Source of the DNA: Holophagales bacterium
GTDB lineage: Bacteria > Acidobacteriota > Thermoanaerobaculia > UBA5066
DNA length: 64,000 bases
NCBI GenBank assembly: GCA_016716705.1
Contig: JADJVF010000011.1
Span: forward strand, 18,687-82,686
Direction: 5' to 3'
The translations under genes and the position numbers were made by a program. Within the stretch, counting starts at the first letter, position 1; every line of letters begins with the position of its first letter. Under the pieces are notes generated by a model, which ran no database searches, was not told the DNA's origin, and saw only the letters and a list, made by a program, of their open reading frames with translations. Shown here piece after piece: positions 1 through 9,025 of the stretch.

Positions 1-132
1 CGGCCGGGGCTCTGGAACGGCGCCATGGCCTTCTGGAACACGCTCTTCGTCGAGGTGCCGATCGAGACCTTCGCCCCGGTCAAGAGCGTCCTCGACCTCC
101 TGCGGCCCGAGCACCGTCCCGGGCCGGAGTAG
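1..132 (+). CDS. 3' end of an unidentified gene (partial, enters from the left edge)
   Basis: Open frame from position 1 to TAG at 130-132. It translates to a non-repetitive C-terminus (...AMAFWNTLFVEVPIETFAPVKSVLDLLRPEHRPGPE). No start codon is visible. Confidence 0.25.
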   Translation, partial: RPGLWNGAMAFWNTLFVEVPIETFAPVKSVLDLLRPEHRPGPE

Positions 133-138
133 CCGGCC

Positions 139-852
139 TCAGGGCGGCGACGGCGTCGGGGTGCGGCGGAAGAGCCACTCCTCCCGGCGCCTCTCGTCGG
201 CCGTGCACGGGACGCCGAAGGAGGCGTCGAAGGCGCAGCCGGGAAGGCGGGGACCGGCGAGGTCCGGGCCCGGCGGGCGAACGAGCACCGGGTCGAGGAG
301 CGCCAGGAAGTCCTCGGAGTAGAAGGCGAGGTCGGCGATCGGGAGCGCCGGCGCGAGGCCCCTCAGCCGGGCGAGGAACTCGGGGGAGACGACCCCGGAG
401 GCGCGGTGCCTGAACGAGGACGCGTCCTTTCCAGAGAAGGCCGAGAGAGGCGCGGCGAGCCTTCCGCGGGAGCCGTCGAGGACGAGGCAGGCGTCGGGTG
501 GTTGGATGGCGGCACATTCCGGAGCGTTCGGCGGAGGAACGTTCGCGAGAGTTCGCGTGACGGTTTCACCGAGGGCGGGGAGCGTCACCTCCTCGCGGGT
601 CCCGGAGCCCACGGCGGGCTGCGTCGACCGGAGGGTCCAGCGTCCGGCCGGGGTCTCGACGAGGAGGCGGGTCTCGTCCTCGCCCTCGGTCCGCCGGAAG
701 AGGACGGACCATCGAACGCGCGGAGGACCGGGGACCTCGTAGTGCCACCGGCCGCGAGGAGTGAGTGCGCGGCCGGCAAGCGCGGGAGCGGAGACCTCTC
801 CCGCCGCGACCAGCGGGAGGAGGGTCGCGAGCAGGAGCGCCGCGCCGGCCAC
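139..852 (-). CDS. hypothetical secreted protein (about 237 aa)
   Basis: GTG start at 850-852 (RC) followed by a hydrophobic signal-like segment (VAGAALLLATLLPLVAAGEVSAP). Its start lies 3 nt after the stop of the upstream HD-GYP gene (stop 855-857), so the two look like an operon. No recognisable domain. Confidence 0.4.
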   Translation of the reverse strand: MAGAALLLATLLPLVAAGEVSAPALAGRALTPRGRWHYEVPGPPRVRWSVLFRRTEGEDETRLLVETPAGRWTLRSTQPAVGSGTREEVTLPALGETVTRTLANVPPPNAPECAAIQPPDACLVLDGSRGRLAAPLSAFSGKDASSFRHRASGVVSPEFLARLRGLAPALPIADLAFYSEDFLALLDPVLVRPPGPDLAGPRLPGCAFDASFGVPCTADERRREEWLFRRTPTPSPP

Positions 853-854
853 GG

Positions 855-2726
855 CTAGGGGTGACCCGCGGGCACCCAGATCTTCTCGCTGACGAAGACG
901 GTCACGAGCCAGGGGTCGAGGAGGCCCGCGCGCCCCTCGTCTTCGAGGATGCGGAGGGCCTTCTCGCGCGGGACGGCGCGCTTGTAGGGGCGGTCGGCGG
1001 CCGTCAGGGCGTCGTAGATGTCGCAGACGGTCATGATCCGCGCGGGGACGGGGATCCGGTCGGCCCGGAGGCCGCGCGGGTAGCCGGTGCCGTCGAGCTT
1101 CTCGTGGTGGGCGTGGGCGATCTCGGGGACCCGGGCGAGGTCGGCCGTCCACGGGATGGACGAGAGGAAGCGGTAGGTGTGGGAGACGTGGCTCTCGATC
1201 TGCGTCCGCTCCTCGACGGACAGGCTCCCTTTGCGGATGGAGAGAAGCTGGAACTCGTAGTCGTCCAGGAGCGGCGTCATGACGCCCCGCCGGTCGCGGA
1301 AGGAACGGGTGAGGAGGCGCCGCAGGGTTCCCCCCGCCTCTTCCGGGAGGACGGTCGGCTCGTTGGCACGCCGCACCTCCTCGAACATCTCCTCCAGCTC
1401 CTGCGCGCGGTCCCACCGCGCCAGGTCGAGGTGGCGGACGTCCTCCGCCGAGGGCGGGACGCCCGCCTCGAGCAGCTTGAGGAGAAGCTCCCGGCACTCC
1501 TGCGCGTCCTCGGCCTCGAGGGCGAAGTCGAACCGGTCGCGAATCCGGAGGACCTCCTCCTCGTCGAGCTTCTTCGCCTTGACGAGCACGCGTTCGGGGA
1601 TCGAGATCTTTCCGAAGTCGTGGAGGAGCGCCGCCGTCTGCAGCTCGCGAATCTCCTCCCGCGAGAAGGCGACCCGGGCGTAGGGCCCGTCGGCGGCGCG
1701 GTCGACGACGCGGGCGAGCGCCACGGAGAGGTCGGCGACGCGGTTGCTGTGGCCGGCGGTCGTCGGATCCCTCAGCTCGACCGCCATGATGGCCGCGCGT
1801 GCGAAGTCCTCGAAGAGGCGCCGGATCGAAGCCGTCAGCTGGTTCGCCTTCACCGACACGGCGGCCTGCGTCGCCAGGGAAAGCAGGAGCGGCACGAGGT
1901 CGGTCGGGTAGGGGCTGTAGGCGCCGTCCGGCAGGCGCCGGTTCATGAGCTGAAGGACCCCGACGAGGGCGCCCGTATGGTCGCTCATCGGGACGACGAT
2001 CATCGATCGAGTCCGCCAGCCCGTCTGTTCGTCGAATGCGGTGTTGTGCCGGTACGGGGCGCCGGCCGGTACCGCGTAGGCGTCGTCGAGGTTCACCGGC
2101 TCGCCGTGCCCGGCCACGTAGCCGGCGAGGCTCGCGTCGTCGACCGGCATCGTCCTCTCGGAGAAGGCGAACCTCACCGCGTCGTTCTGCGCGAGCTTGA
2201 AGCGGAGCCGCATGCCGTGCGGCCCCTCCTCGAGGAGGTAGAGGCTTCCCGCTTCCGACCCCGTGAACCGGCGGGACTCGGTGAGGATCTTCTCCAGGAG
2301 GCGGTCGAGGTCTCGCTCGGCGGAGAGGGCGATCCCGATCCTGTTCAGCGCGGAGACGCGCTCCTCGGCCTCGGAGAGTCGGCGGGCGAGCGCGGCGGTC
2401 GACGCGCGGGCGGAGGCGACCTCCGCGGCGGCCGAGAGAATCGCGGTGAGGATGGTTGCCGGAGCGTTGCGGGGAAGGGCGAAGGCCGGAAGGAGCCCCT
2501 CCGGCGCCGTGCCCCACCGGACGAGAGCTGCGGGGGCGTCCGCGGGGAGGAGGCCGGAAAGAGCGTCCTGCCAGTGTTCCGTCGCGAGATAGAGCGCGGG
2601 TCCGTCACCCGGCGCGGGCGGTCCTTCGATCGACGGCCGGTCGTCGAGTCCCGCCGCGCGTACGGCCTCGTCGAGAGCATCCGGCAGAGGCTCCGCCGGC
2701 CGGTGGAAGACGACGCGCTCTCTCAT
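855..2726 (-). CDS. GAF domain / HD-GYP domain c-di-GMP phosphodiesterase
   Basis: ATG at 2724-2726 (RC). The HD-GYP signature HHEKLDGTGYPRGL is in the C-terminal half, with HD motifs (HDFGK) and an upstream GAF-like region. Stop at 855-857. Confidence 0.8.
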   Translation of the reverse strand: MRERVVFHRPAEPLPDALDEAVRAAGLDDRPSIEGPPAPGDGPALYLATEHWQDALSGLLPADAPAALVRWGTAPEGLLPAFALPRNAPATILTAILSAAAEVASARASTAALARRLSEAEERVSALNRIGIALSAERDLDRLLEKILTESRRFTGSEAGSLYLLEEGPHGMRLRFKLAQNDAVRFAFSERTMPVDDASLAGYVAGHGEPVNLDDAYAVPAGAPYRHNTAFDEQTGWRTRSMIVVPMSDHTGALVGVLQLMNRRLPDGAYSPYPTDLVPLLLSLATQAAVSVKANQLTASIRRLFEDFARAAIMAVELRDPTTAGHSNRVADLSVALARVVDRAADGPYARVAFSREEIRELQTAALLHDFGKISIPERVLVKAKKLDEEEVLRIRDRFDFALEAEDAQECRELLLKLLEAGVPPSAEDVRHLDLARWDRAQELEEMFEEVRRANEPTVLPEEAGGTLRRLLTRSFRDRRGVMTPLLDDYEFQLLSIRKGSLSVEERTQIESHVSHTYRFLSSIPWTADLARVPEIAHAHHEKLDGTGYPRGLRADRIPVPARIMTVCDIYDALTAADRPYKRAVPREKALRILEDEGRAGLLDPWLVTVFVSEKIWVPAGHP

Positions 2727-2827
2727 GTCGGGATTCTGTCGGTTGTTCGCCCGCGGGGTCAACGCAGGCGTCGATAGAGACCGAGGGGGCGGAGAAGGGG
2801 AAGAGCCGGCCCGAGGCCGGCCGCACG

Positions 2828-3814
2828 TCACTTCGGGCCGATGAGCGCAGAGAAGACGAGGTAGGGGTTCACGACGAGGCCCTTCCACGGACTCGGGGAG
2901 TCGGTATCGCGGAAGATGGAGAAGTGGAGGTGCGGGCCGGTGGAGCGGCCTGTCGAGCCGACCTCGCCGATCTTCTGTCCCCGCGCCACCCTGTCGCCGA
3001 CCTTGAGTCCGGGAGCGTAGCGGGAGAGGTGGGCGTAGTAATAGACGAACCGTCCCGTGGCGTCGCGCAGGTAGATGACGATGCCGCCACGGCGGTCGCG
3101 GCCGAGGCGCTCGATCGTCCCGTCATTCACCGCCACGATCGGCGTTCCCTTCGGGGCGCCGAGGTCGATCGCGTGGTGTTTCCTGTGGCGGCCGCGCGAG
3201 GCGTCGAAGGTGTCGCGCAGCTTCTCTTTCGGGAAGGACTCGATCGGAAGCGGGAAGTCCGTGGCGAAGAGGGTCGCCAGCTCCTCCTCCGGGATGGAGG
3301 CGGGCCTGCTGTCCTTCTTGCTCACGACGAGCCCCTTCAGCGTCCGTCCGAGGTTCTGCCAGAAGGATTTCTGCTCGTCGGAGAGGGAGGGGAGTACGGC
3401 CGGGACGACGGATCCACGGGAATAGAGGCCGTCTTCCATCGGCTCGTCCCCGTCGGGGTCTTCCTCGAGCGGGAGGTCGTCGGCCTGCTCGCGGGCCGCG
3501 GCAAGAATGGCCGGGAGACCGGGCGGAAGCGCCACGTGGCGGCTCTGGGGCGCCTGGTTTCCGCGCGTGATCCAGGCGAGATCGGCCTCGTCGGCCGTCC
3601 GATAGCAACTGCCGTCTTCGGGATCGCGGACAGGGCACGGATTCACGGAGCCGGGGGCGGGGGCGGACTTCTCGGCGCCGGGTGCGAACGAGGCCGTCGC
3701 GTCGGCCGGAGCCGAGCCGCCCGGGGCTCCCGCAGCGGAAGCGGACGCGGAGACAGCCGCCGCGAGGGCGAGCCCGAAGAGGGCCGCGGCCCCGGAAAGC
3801 GCGGGTCTCGTCAG
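2828..3814 (-). CDS. M23 family metallopeptidase (secreted); start codon unresolved
   Basis: M23 motifs HHAIDLGAPKGTPIVAVNDGTI...GSTGRSTGPHLHFSI. A signal peptide LTRPALSGAAALFGLALAAAVSASASAAG sits at the 5' end of the frame. No ATG, GTG or TTG precedes it, so the only candidate is a CTG (RC of 3812-3814) overlapping the efp stop. Confidence 0.7.
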   Translation of the reverse strand: MTRPALSGAAALFGLALAAAVSASASAAGAPGGSAPADATASFAPGAEKSAPAPGSVNPCPVRDPEDGSCYRTADEADLAWITRGNQAPQSRHVALPPGLPAILAAAREQADDLPLEEDPDGDEPMEDGLYSRGSVVPAVLPSLSDEQKSFWQNLGRTLKGLVVSKKDSRPASIPEEELATLFATDFPLPIESFPKEKLRDTFDASRGRHRKHHAIDLGAPKGTPIVAVNDGTIERLGRDRRGGIVIYLRDATGRFVYYYAHLSRYAPGLKVGDRVARGQKIGEVGSTGRSTGPHLHFSIFRDTDSPSPWKGLVVNPYLVFSALIGPK

Positions 3815-4371
3815 CCTGCCCTCTCCAGGTAGGAATCGTCGCGGGTGTCGATCCGGATGACCGTTCCCACGTCGACGAATTGCGGGACCATCACCTGAAG
3901 GCCGGTCTCGAGCTTCGCCGGCTTGTAGGAAGCGGTGGCCGTGGCACCCTTCATTCCCGGGTCCGTCTCGACGATCTTCAGGGCGACCGTCGTCGGGAGC
4001 TCGACGGAAATCGGGTTCCCTTCGTAGAAGTCGACGTCGATGACCGTCTCGGGAAGGAGGTACTTCATCGCGTCGCCCACGATCTCGTCCGTCAGGCGGA
4101 TCTGGTCGTAGGTCTCCTGGTTCATGAAGTGGTGCCCCTCGCTGTCCGAGTAGAGGTACTGCATCTCGTGCGTGTCGAGGCTCGCCTTCTCGATCTTGTC
4201 CTCGGAGCGGAAGCGGTGCTCGTTCATCGAGCCGGACTTGAGGCTGCGGAGCTTGGCCTGGACGAAGCCGCGGAGGTTCCCCGGCGTCTTGTGGACGACG
4301 GAGTGGGCGCGGTGAAGCTCCCCGTTGTGGACGACGATCATGCCGGCTCGAAGTTCGGTAGCTGAGATCAT
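3811..4371 (-). CDS. efp: translation elongation factor P
   Basis: 186 aa beginning MISATELRAGMIVVHNGELHRAH, typical EF-P length and N-terminus. ATG at 4369-4371 (RC), stop TGA at 3811-3813 (RC). Confidence 0.9.
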   Translation of the reverse strand: MISATELRAGMIVVHNGELHRAHSVVHKTPGNLRGFVQAKLRSLKSGSMNEHRFRSEDKIEKASLDTHEMQYLYSDSEGHHFMNQETYDQIRLTDEIVGDAMKYLLPETVIDVDFYEGNPISVELPTTVALKIVETDPGMKGATATASYKPAKLETGLQVMVPQFVDVGTVIRIDTRDDSYLERAG

Positions 4372-4475
4372 TCCGCGTCCTGGTACAGCCCTTCCGCTCA
4401 GCACAGCTTTCGCCGGACGATCCGGTCTCCTGCGGCGCCAAACGCGTGGAGGGTAAACCGACTACGCCTCCCAAA

Positions 4476-4508
4476 GCAAGCGGGACCGCCCGAAGGCGGT
4501 CCCGCTTG
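4476..4508 (-). terminator. rho-independent terminator candidate downstream of the SGNH-hydrolase gene
   Basis: Perfect 14-15 bp stem (gcaagcgggaccgcc / ggcggtcccgcttg) with a cgaa loop. On the minus strand it is followed by CUUUGGGAGG. It lies 23 nt past the stop at 4531. Confidence 0.4.
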
Positions 4509-4530
4509 GAAGCTATTTGGCTGGAATGGC

Positions 4531-6009
4531 TTAGTCGATGAGACTCACGCGCGGGACGCGAGGTGCCACCGGGATCGGGAGTTCGCCGTTGCCGTCTCCG
4601 AGGACGAGGCCCCTCGACTGGGTCGAAACGCCCATCGTCTGCCAGAAGTTCTCGAGGACTTCCGGCGTGAAGTACGCCGCGGCGTACTCGATGATTTCCT
4701 GCTGGCTCGGAGGGCCGTAGGAGCTGGTCGGGAAGCCGCCGGCCGACGTATTGCCGTTGAAGAGATACGCCGACATGTCGACCCGCGGGAGGCTCGTCCC
4801 GTAGTTCGCGTTCACGAACTGGACGAGGGCGTCCGCGACGATCGCGTAGCCCGTGGCGCTCGGGTGGACGCCGTCGTAGGAGAAGACGCCGCCCGAGAGG
4901 TAGTTCGACGTCAGTGTGATTCCGGCGAAGTCCCGCCCGTGGACGGCGATGTCGACCAGGAGAGCGGCGGCGTCGAACACCTTGTAGCCGGCCGCTTCGG
5001 CCAGGGTCCTGATCTGCTGGTTGTACTCGGTGCCACGGGCCTGCAGGAGCGACACCTCGCTCGGGTAGAGGAGGCCTGGTACTGCGGTGCCATTGATGAC
5101 GGTCCCGTTGTCCGGCAACGGGGTGTTGCACTTGGGGAGCGTGGGGGCGACAGCGCAAGGAATCCCGTACCCGGCCTTCATCAGGGCGCCGAGAGGCAGC
5201 GGCACGTAAGTTCCAAACGGCACCGGGCACGCGGGTACGCCCGCCGGGCAGCCCGTCGGCCCGAGGACGTAGATCGGAGCGCCCGTCGAGGGGTTGACAC
5301 CGAGGAAGGGCCCGACGGCCGTGAAATACGGAAGGGTCAAGACGTTCGGGATCGTCATCACGATTCCCTTTCCGGTGCCACCCTGAGCCGCTTTCATCGT
5401 GTCGACGATGGTCTTGTACGAGGCCGCGTAGGCCTCCTTGGAGATCAGCGTCACGCCGTCGATGACGGTGCCCGAGGTCGCCGGTCCGAGGAGCTCGTTG
5501 CCGAGGACGCCGATCGCGAAGAACGTCGGCTTCAGCGAAGCGGCCTGCTGGAGGACCGTGGCCCCGCTGCCCCGGAGGACGACGTCGATCAGGGCGTTCT
5601 TGCACGGCACGGTGCCGGTGTTCGTGACGCAGTTGACGACGCTCGCCCCGAGGTAGCCCGGGATGGCCAGGTTGTTGTAGGGGGTGGGAAGAGTGAGGTT
5701 CTCGGGCTTTCCGGTGTTCGGCGCGTAGCTGAAGGTCGGCGCCAGGCTCGTGAGGATCTGGCAGGGGCCGAGGCCCGGCTCGCCGATGATCGGCTGCTGG
5801 AAGCCGGAGACGCCCGCCTGGCGGGCGAAGATCGCGGGCCAGGAGTCCGTCTGGCCGTGCTTGACCCAGCAGCTGTCGATGAACCCGGCGTCGACGGACG
5901 CGCCGACGGCGACGAACTTGGTGAAGTCAGCCTGCGCGGCGGCCGGGGAGGCCGAAACCACGAGGGCGAGCGCGAAGGCGACGAGGAGGGTGTTCTTCAT
6001 GGTCTTCAC
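4531..6009 (-). CDS. secreted SGNH/GDSL-like hydrolase (lipase/esterase family)
   Basis: GTG start at 6009 (RC) with a GAGGGGG SD that overlaps the fadL stop. Signal peptide (V/M)KTMKNTLLVAFALALVVSASPAAAQA. N-terminal block VAVGASVDAGF and C-terminal block DGVHPSATGYAIVADAL fit the SGNH fold. Confidence 0.55.
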   Translation of the reverse strand: MKTMKNTLLVAFALALVVSASPAAAQADFTKFVAVGASVDAGFIDSCWVKHGQTDSWPAIFARQAGVSGFQQPIIGEPGLGPCQILTSLAPTFSYAPNTGKPENLTLPTPYNNLAIPGYLGASVVNCVTNTGTVPCKNALIDVVLRGSGATVLQQAASLKPTFFAIGVLGNELLGPATSGTVIDGVTLISKEAYAASYKTIVDTMKAAQGGTGKGIVMTIPNVLTLPYFTAVGPFLGVNPSTGAPIYVLGPTGCPAGVPACPVPFGTYVPLPLGALMKAGYGIPCAVAPTLPKCNTPLPDNGTVINGTAVPGLLYPSEVSLLQARGTEYNQQIRTLAEAAGYKVFDAAALLVDIAVHGRDFAGITLTSNYLSGGVFSYDGVHPSATGYAIVADALVQFVNANYGTSLPRVDMSAYLFNGNTSAGGFPTSSYGPPSQQEIIEYAAAYFTPEVLENFWQTMGVSTQSRGLVLGDGNGELPIPVAPRVPRVSLID

Positions 6010-6020
6010 TGGTCACCCCC

Positions 6021-7343
6021 TCAGAAGGACGTCCGGAGGTTGAGGACGGTCAGGTTCGCGTGGTTCTTGTACCGCCCGTTGAAGTTGTCGTCGTTTGTCG
6101 TGACGGACCGCTCGTTGAAGAAGAGGAAGAGGTTCGAGGCGTCGACCCAGACGTTCTTCATCATCTTCCAGCTGAAGCCGATGGAGTAGCCGTTGCGGTT
6201 CATGTCGGGGAGGAGCGGGCCTACGTCGCCGTCGGGCTCGGGAGTCTGGTCGTAGACGTAGCCGGCCATGAGGTCGAACTTGTCGCTCGCCTGCCACTTC
6301 GCGCCGAAGCGGAACGCCCAGGCGTTCTCCCAGTCGTGGGGAAGGTTGCTCGTCGGGATCTGCTTTCCGTCGACCGCCTCGAACTCGAGGACGGTCGTGT
6401 CGAAGGCCGACCACTCCGTGTAGGTACCGGCCGCCTCGACCGTGACCTTTCCGAAGTCGTAGGAGATGCCCACCTGGGTCATCGCGGGCGCCTGGATCGT
6501 CGTCTTCACCGGGACCGGCTTGCCCAGCGGGACCTTCGCGGCGAAGGCGGCGTCGAGGTCGGCGTAGCCGGTCCCGAGCTGGTAGAACATCGCCTCGCCG
6601 TCGAACTTCGCGTCGACCGCACCGTGGTAGGAGGCGCCGATCGAGAGCCTCGGGGTCGGCGTGATCTTGATGCCGGCGCCGAAGGTGACGTCCATCTCCA
6701 TGTCCGCGCGGATGTCGGTGTGCGCCGCGTCGACGACGCGGTTCGTGTAGGGGTTGAAGAGCGGGATCTTCCGCTGGAGCTTCACGTCGGTGAAGCGGAA
6801 TTCCGGGCCGACGCCGACCGCGAGGTAGTCGTTGATCTGCCAGGCGACCTGGAGGCCGGCGGCGTACTGCTTCAGGTCGACGTAGGTGGAGAGGTAGCGG
6901 CCGCGCCAGTCCGGCTCGCTCCACCTCGTCGCGAGGCCGAAGGGGAACCAGGTTCCGAAGGAGAGGCTGACGCACTCGCTGAGGCCATAAGATGCGTAGA
7001 AGTTCGGCGGGAAGAAGAACTGGTCGTGCATCTTGCTCGAGTAGCCCTGGCCCGGGTAGGGGTTGTAGCCCTCGGCGAGCTCGGACGTCGGGACGATGAG
7101 GGTCACCCCGACCATCGCCTTCAGCTCACCCTTCTTGACGTACTTGGCGAGACCCGCGGGGTTGTAGAACATGGCGGACAGATCGTCTGCCTGCGCTACG
7201 AACGCCCCGCCCATGGCCGTGGAACGGGAGCCTGCTTCAAAGATCGAGAACCCCGCGGCGGCCGCCGGGCCTGCCGCGAGCAACATGGCGGCCAGAAGGA
7301 GCGATAGCCCTCCAAGTCCGTACCGGGAACAGCCTCTCAACAC
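6021..7343 (-). CDS. fadL: FadL/TodX/OmpP1 family outer-membrane long-chain hydrophobic compound channel
   Basis: GTG start at 7343 (RC) preceded by GGAGGG. Signal peptide RYGLGGLSLLLAAMLLAAGPAAAAG, then FSIFEAGSRSTAMGGAFVAQADDLSAMFYNPAGLA, typical of FadL. C-terminal Phe is typical of an OMP. Confidence 0.8.
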   Translation of the reverse strand: MLRGCSRYGLGGLSLLLAAMLLAAGPAAAAGFSIFEAGSRSTAMGGAFVAQADDLSAMFYNPAGLAKYVKKGELKAMVGVTLIVPTSELAEGYNPYPGQGYSSKMHDQFFFPPNFYASYGLSECVSLSFGTWFPFGLATRWSEPDWRGRYLSTYVDLKQYAAGLQVAWQINDYLAVGVGPEFRFTDVKLQRKIPLFNPYTNRVVDAAHTDIRADMEMDVTFGAGIKITPTPRLSIGASYHGAVDAKFDGEAMFYQLGTGYADLDAAFAAKVPLGKPVPVKTTIQAPAMTQVGISYDFGKVTVEAAGTYTEWSAFDTTVLEFEAVDGKQIPTSNLPHDWENAWAFRFGAKWQASDKFDLMAGYVYDQTPEPDGDVGPLLPDMNRNGYSIGFSWKMMKNVWVDASNLFLFFNERSVTTNDDNFNGRYKNHANLTVLNLRTSF

Positions 7344-7427
7344 GAATCCCTCCTCTTCCGCGTAAACGCGCCGTGTAACAAGACTCCAGGAACGGGGCGA
7401 TTCTCTCTCCCGGCTGTCCAGAGTCAA

Positions 7428-7461
7428 GGCCCCTCCCGGACGGTGTCGTCCGGGAGGGGCC
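7428..7461 (-). terminator. terminator hairpin downstream of gcvPB
   Basis: 15-bp perfect stem ggcccctcccggacg / cgtccgggaggggcc with a gtgt loop, 22 nt after the gcvPB stop (7483-7485). Confidence 0.45.
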
Positions 7462-7482
7462 TGAGGGTGCTCGGAAGAAGGG

Positions 7483-9015
7483 CTAGGAGCGGCGAACCGG
7501 CGCCCGGAGAACCGGGGCGAAGTTCCCGGGCTTCGAGGCTTCACGTGCCAGGAGGGCCTCGTCGACCCGGCCGACCGGGGTGACGTGGGGCGCCGAGGTG
7601 ACGAGTTCGGGGCTCTCTTCGGCCTCCCGGGCGATGGCGATCATCGCGTCGGCGAAGGCGTCGAGCTCCTCGATCGGCTCGGACTCGGTCGGCTCGATCA
7701 TGAGCGCGCCGTGGACGATGAGGGGGAAGGACATCGTCGGCGGGTGGAAACCGTAGTCCATCAGGCGCTTGGCGACGTCGATGTTGTGGACGCCCTTCGC
7801 CGCCTGGAGGGTGTCGTCGAAGACGACCTCGTGGTAGCTCGGGGCGTCGTACTTGAGGTGGTAGAACGGGGCGAGCTTCTTCCGGAGGTAGTTCGCGTTC
7901 AGGACGGCGTTCTCGGCGACCTCGCCGATCTCCTGGCCGTACGACAGGATGTAGGTCAGGGCGCGGACGAGGACGCCGAAGTTGCCGTAGAAGGTCCGCA
8001 TCCGGCCGATCGAGTCGGGGCGGTCGAAGTCGAGGCGGAAGCCCGTTCCCTCGGGCTCGATCGTCGGGACGGGGAGGAACGGCACGAGCGCGGCGCCGAC
8101 GCCGACCGGGCCGGCGCCCGGGCCGCCGCCGCCGTGGGGCGTCGAGAACGTCTTGTGCAGGTTCATGTGCATGACGTCGACACCCATGTCGGCCGGCCGG
8201 ATCTTCCCGACGAACGCGTTGAAGTTCGCGCCGTCGAGGTAGACGTAGCCGCCCTTCGCATGGACGATCCGGGTGACCTCGAGGATGTTCTCCTCGAAGA
8301 CGCCGAGCGTGTTCGGCACCGTGATCATCACGGCGGCGACCTCGTCGGTCATCATCTTCTCGAGCTCGGCGGGGTCGAGAGTCCCCCGGGGCGTGGAGGC
8401 GAGCTCCTTCACCTGGTACCCCGCGAAGTGAGCGCTGGCGGGGTTCGTGCCGTGGGCAGAGTCGGGGACGAGGACGTACTTCCTCGGGGCTCCGGCCTTC
8501 ACGTGGGCGGCGCGGATCATCAGGCAGCCGGCCAGCTCGCCATTGGCGCCGGCGGAGGGCTGGAGCGTGACGCGCGCGAAGCCGGTGAGGGCGATCAGGG
8601 CCGCCTCGAGGCGGGCCATCAGCTCGAGCGCCCCCTGGGAGAGGTGCCCGGGGGTGTACGGGTGGACGTCGGCGAAGCCGGCGAGCCGCGCGATCTCCTC
8701 GTTGATCCGCGGGTTGTGCTTCATCGTGCACGACCCGAGCGGGTAGAGGTTCGCGTCGATCGAGAGGTTCTTCTGCGACAGCCGGGTGAAGTGCCGGACG
8801 GCGTCGACCTCCGACGCCTCCACCTCTCCCTCGACCTCGGTCCGGTGGAGCGCACCGAACAGCGCCTCCGGGTCCGCCCCGGGGACGTCGAGCGGCGGGA
8901 GGAGGACGCCCCGCCGTCCGGGACGGGAGGCGTCGAAGATGGAGGAGGCGCCGCGACGGCGGTCGAGCCGCGCGGCGTCGGGAGCGGGGTTCGTGAGGTT
9001 TCCGTGGTCGCTCAT
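7483..9015 (-). CDS. gcvPB: glycine dehydrogenase (decarboxylating) subunit 2
   Basis: 510 aa with a PLP-dependent glycine decarboxylase C-terminal-subunit pattern (…GSCTMKHNPRINEE…HLNLHKTFSTPHGGGGPG…). Confidence 0.9.
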   Translation of the reverse strand: MSDHGNLTNPAPDAARLDRRRGASSIFDASRPGRRGVLLPPLDVPGADPEALFGALHRTEVEGEVEASEVDAVRHFTRLSQKNLSIDANLYPLGSCTMKHNPRINEEIARLAGFADVHPYTPGHLSQGALELMARLEAALIALTGFARVTLQPSAGANGELAGCLMIRAAHVKAGAPRKYVLVPDSAHGTNPASAHFAGYQVKELASTPRGTLDPAELEKMMTDEVAAVMITVPNTLGVFEENILEVTRIVHAKGGYVYLDGANFNAFVGKIRPADMGVDVMHMNLHKTFSTPHGGGGPGAGPVGVGAALVPFLPVPTIEPEGTGFRLDFDRPDSIGRMRTFYGNFGVLVRALTYILSYGQEIGEVAENAVLNANYLRKKLAPFYHLKYDAPSYHEVVFDDTLQAAKGVHNIDVAKRLMDYGFHPPTMSFPLIVHGALMIEPTESEPIEELDAFADAMIAIAREAEESPELVTSAPHVTPVGRVDEALLAREASKPGNFAPVLRAPVRRS

Positions 9016-9025
9016 GGTCGCCTCC

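Noticed and set aside
139-2777. Very long ORFs on opposite strands or alternate frames. Examples are 139-2517, 765-2777, 10467-12071, 15552-17576, 17455-19077, 19416-21866, 20077-21351, 24618-26017, 43230-45317 and 55779-58577 (N-terminal part).
   Set aside because: Their translations are dominated by R/P/G/A runs with no domain signal. They overlap well-supported genes on the other strand. This is typical of stop-codon-poor frames in 70% GC DNA.
2803-2822. Terminator hairpin gccggcccgaggccggc between the HD-GYP and M23 peptidase genes
   Set aside because: It has a short GC-only stem with no U-run, in a genome where such hairpins occur by chance. Not reported as a feature.
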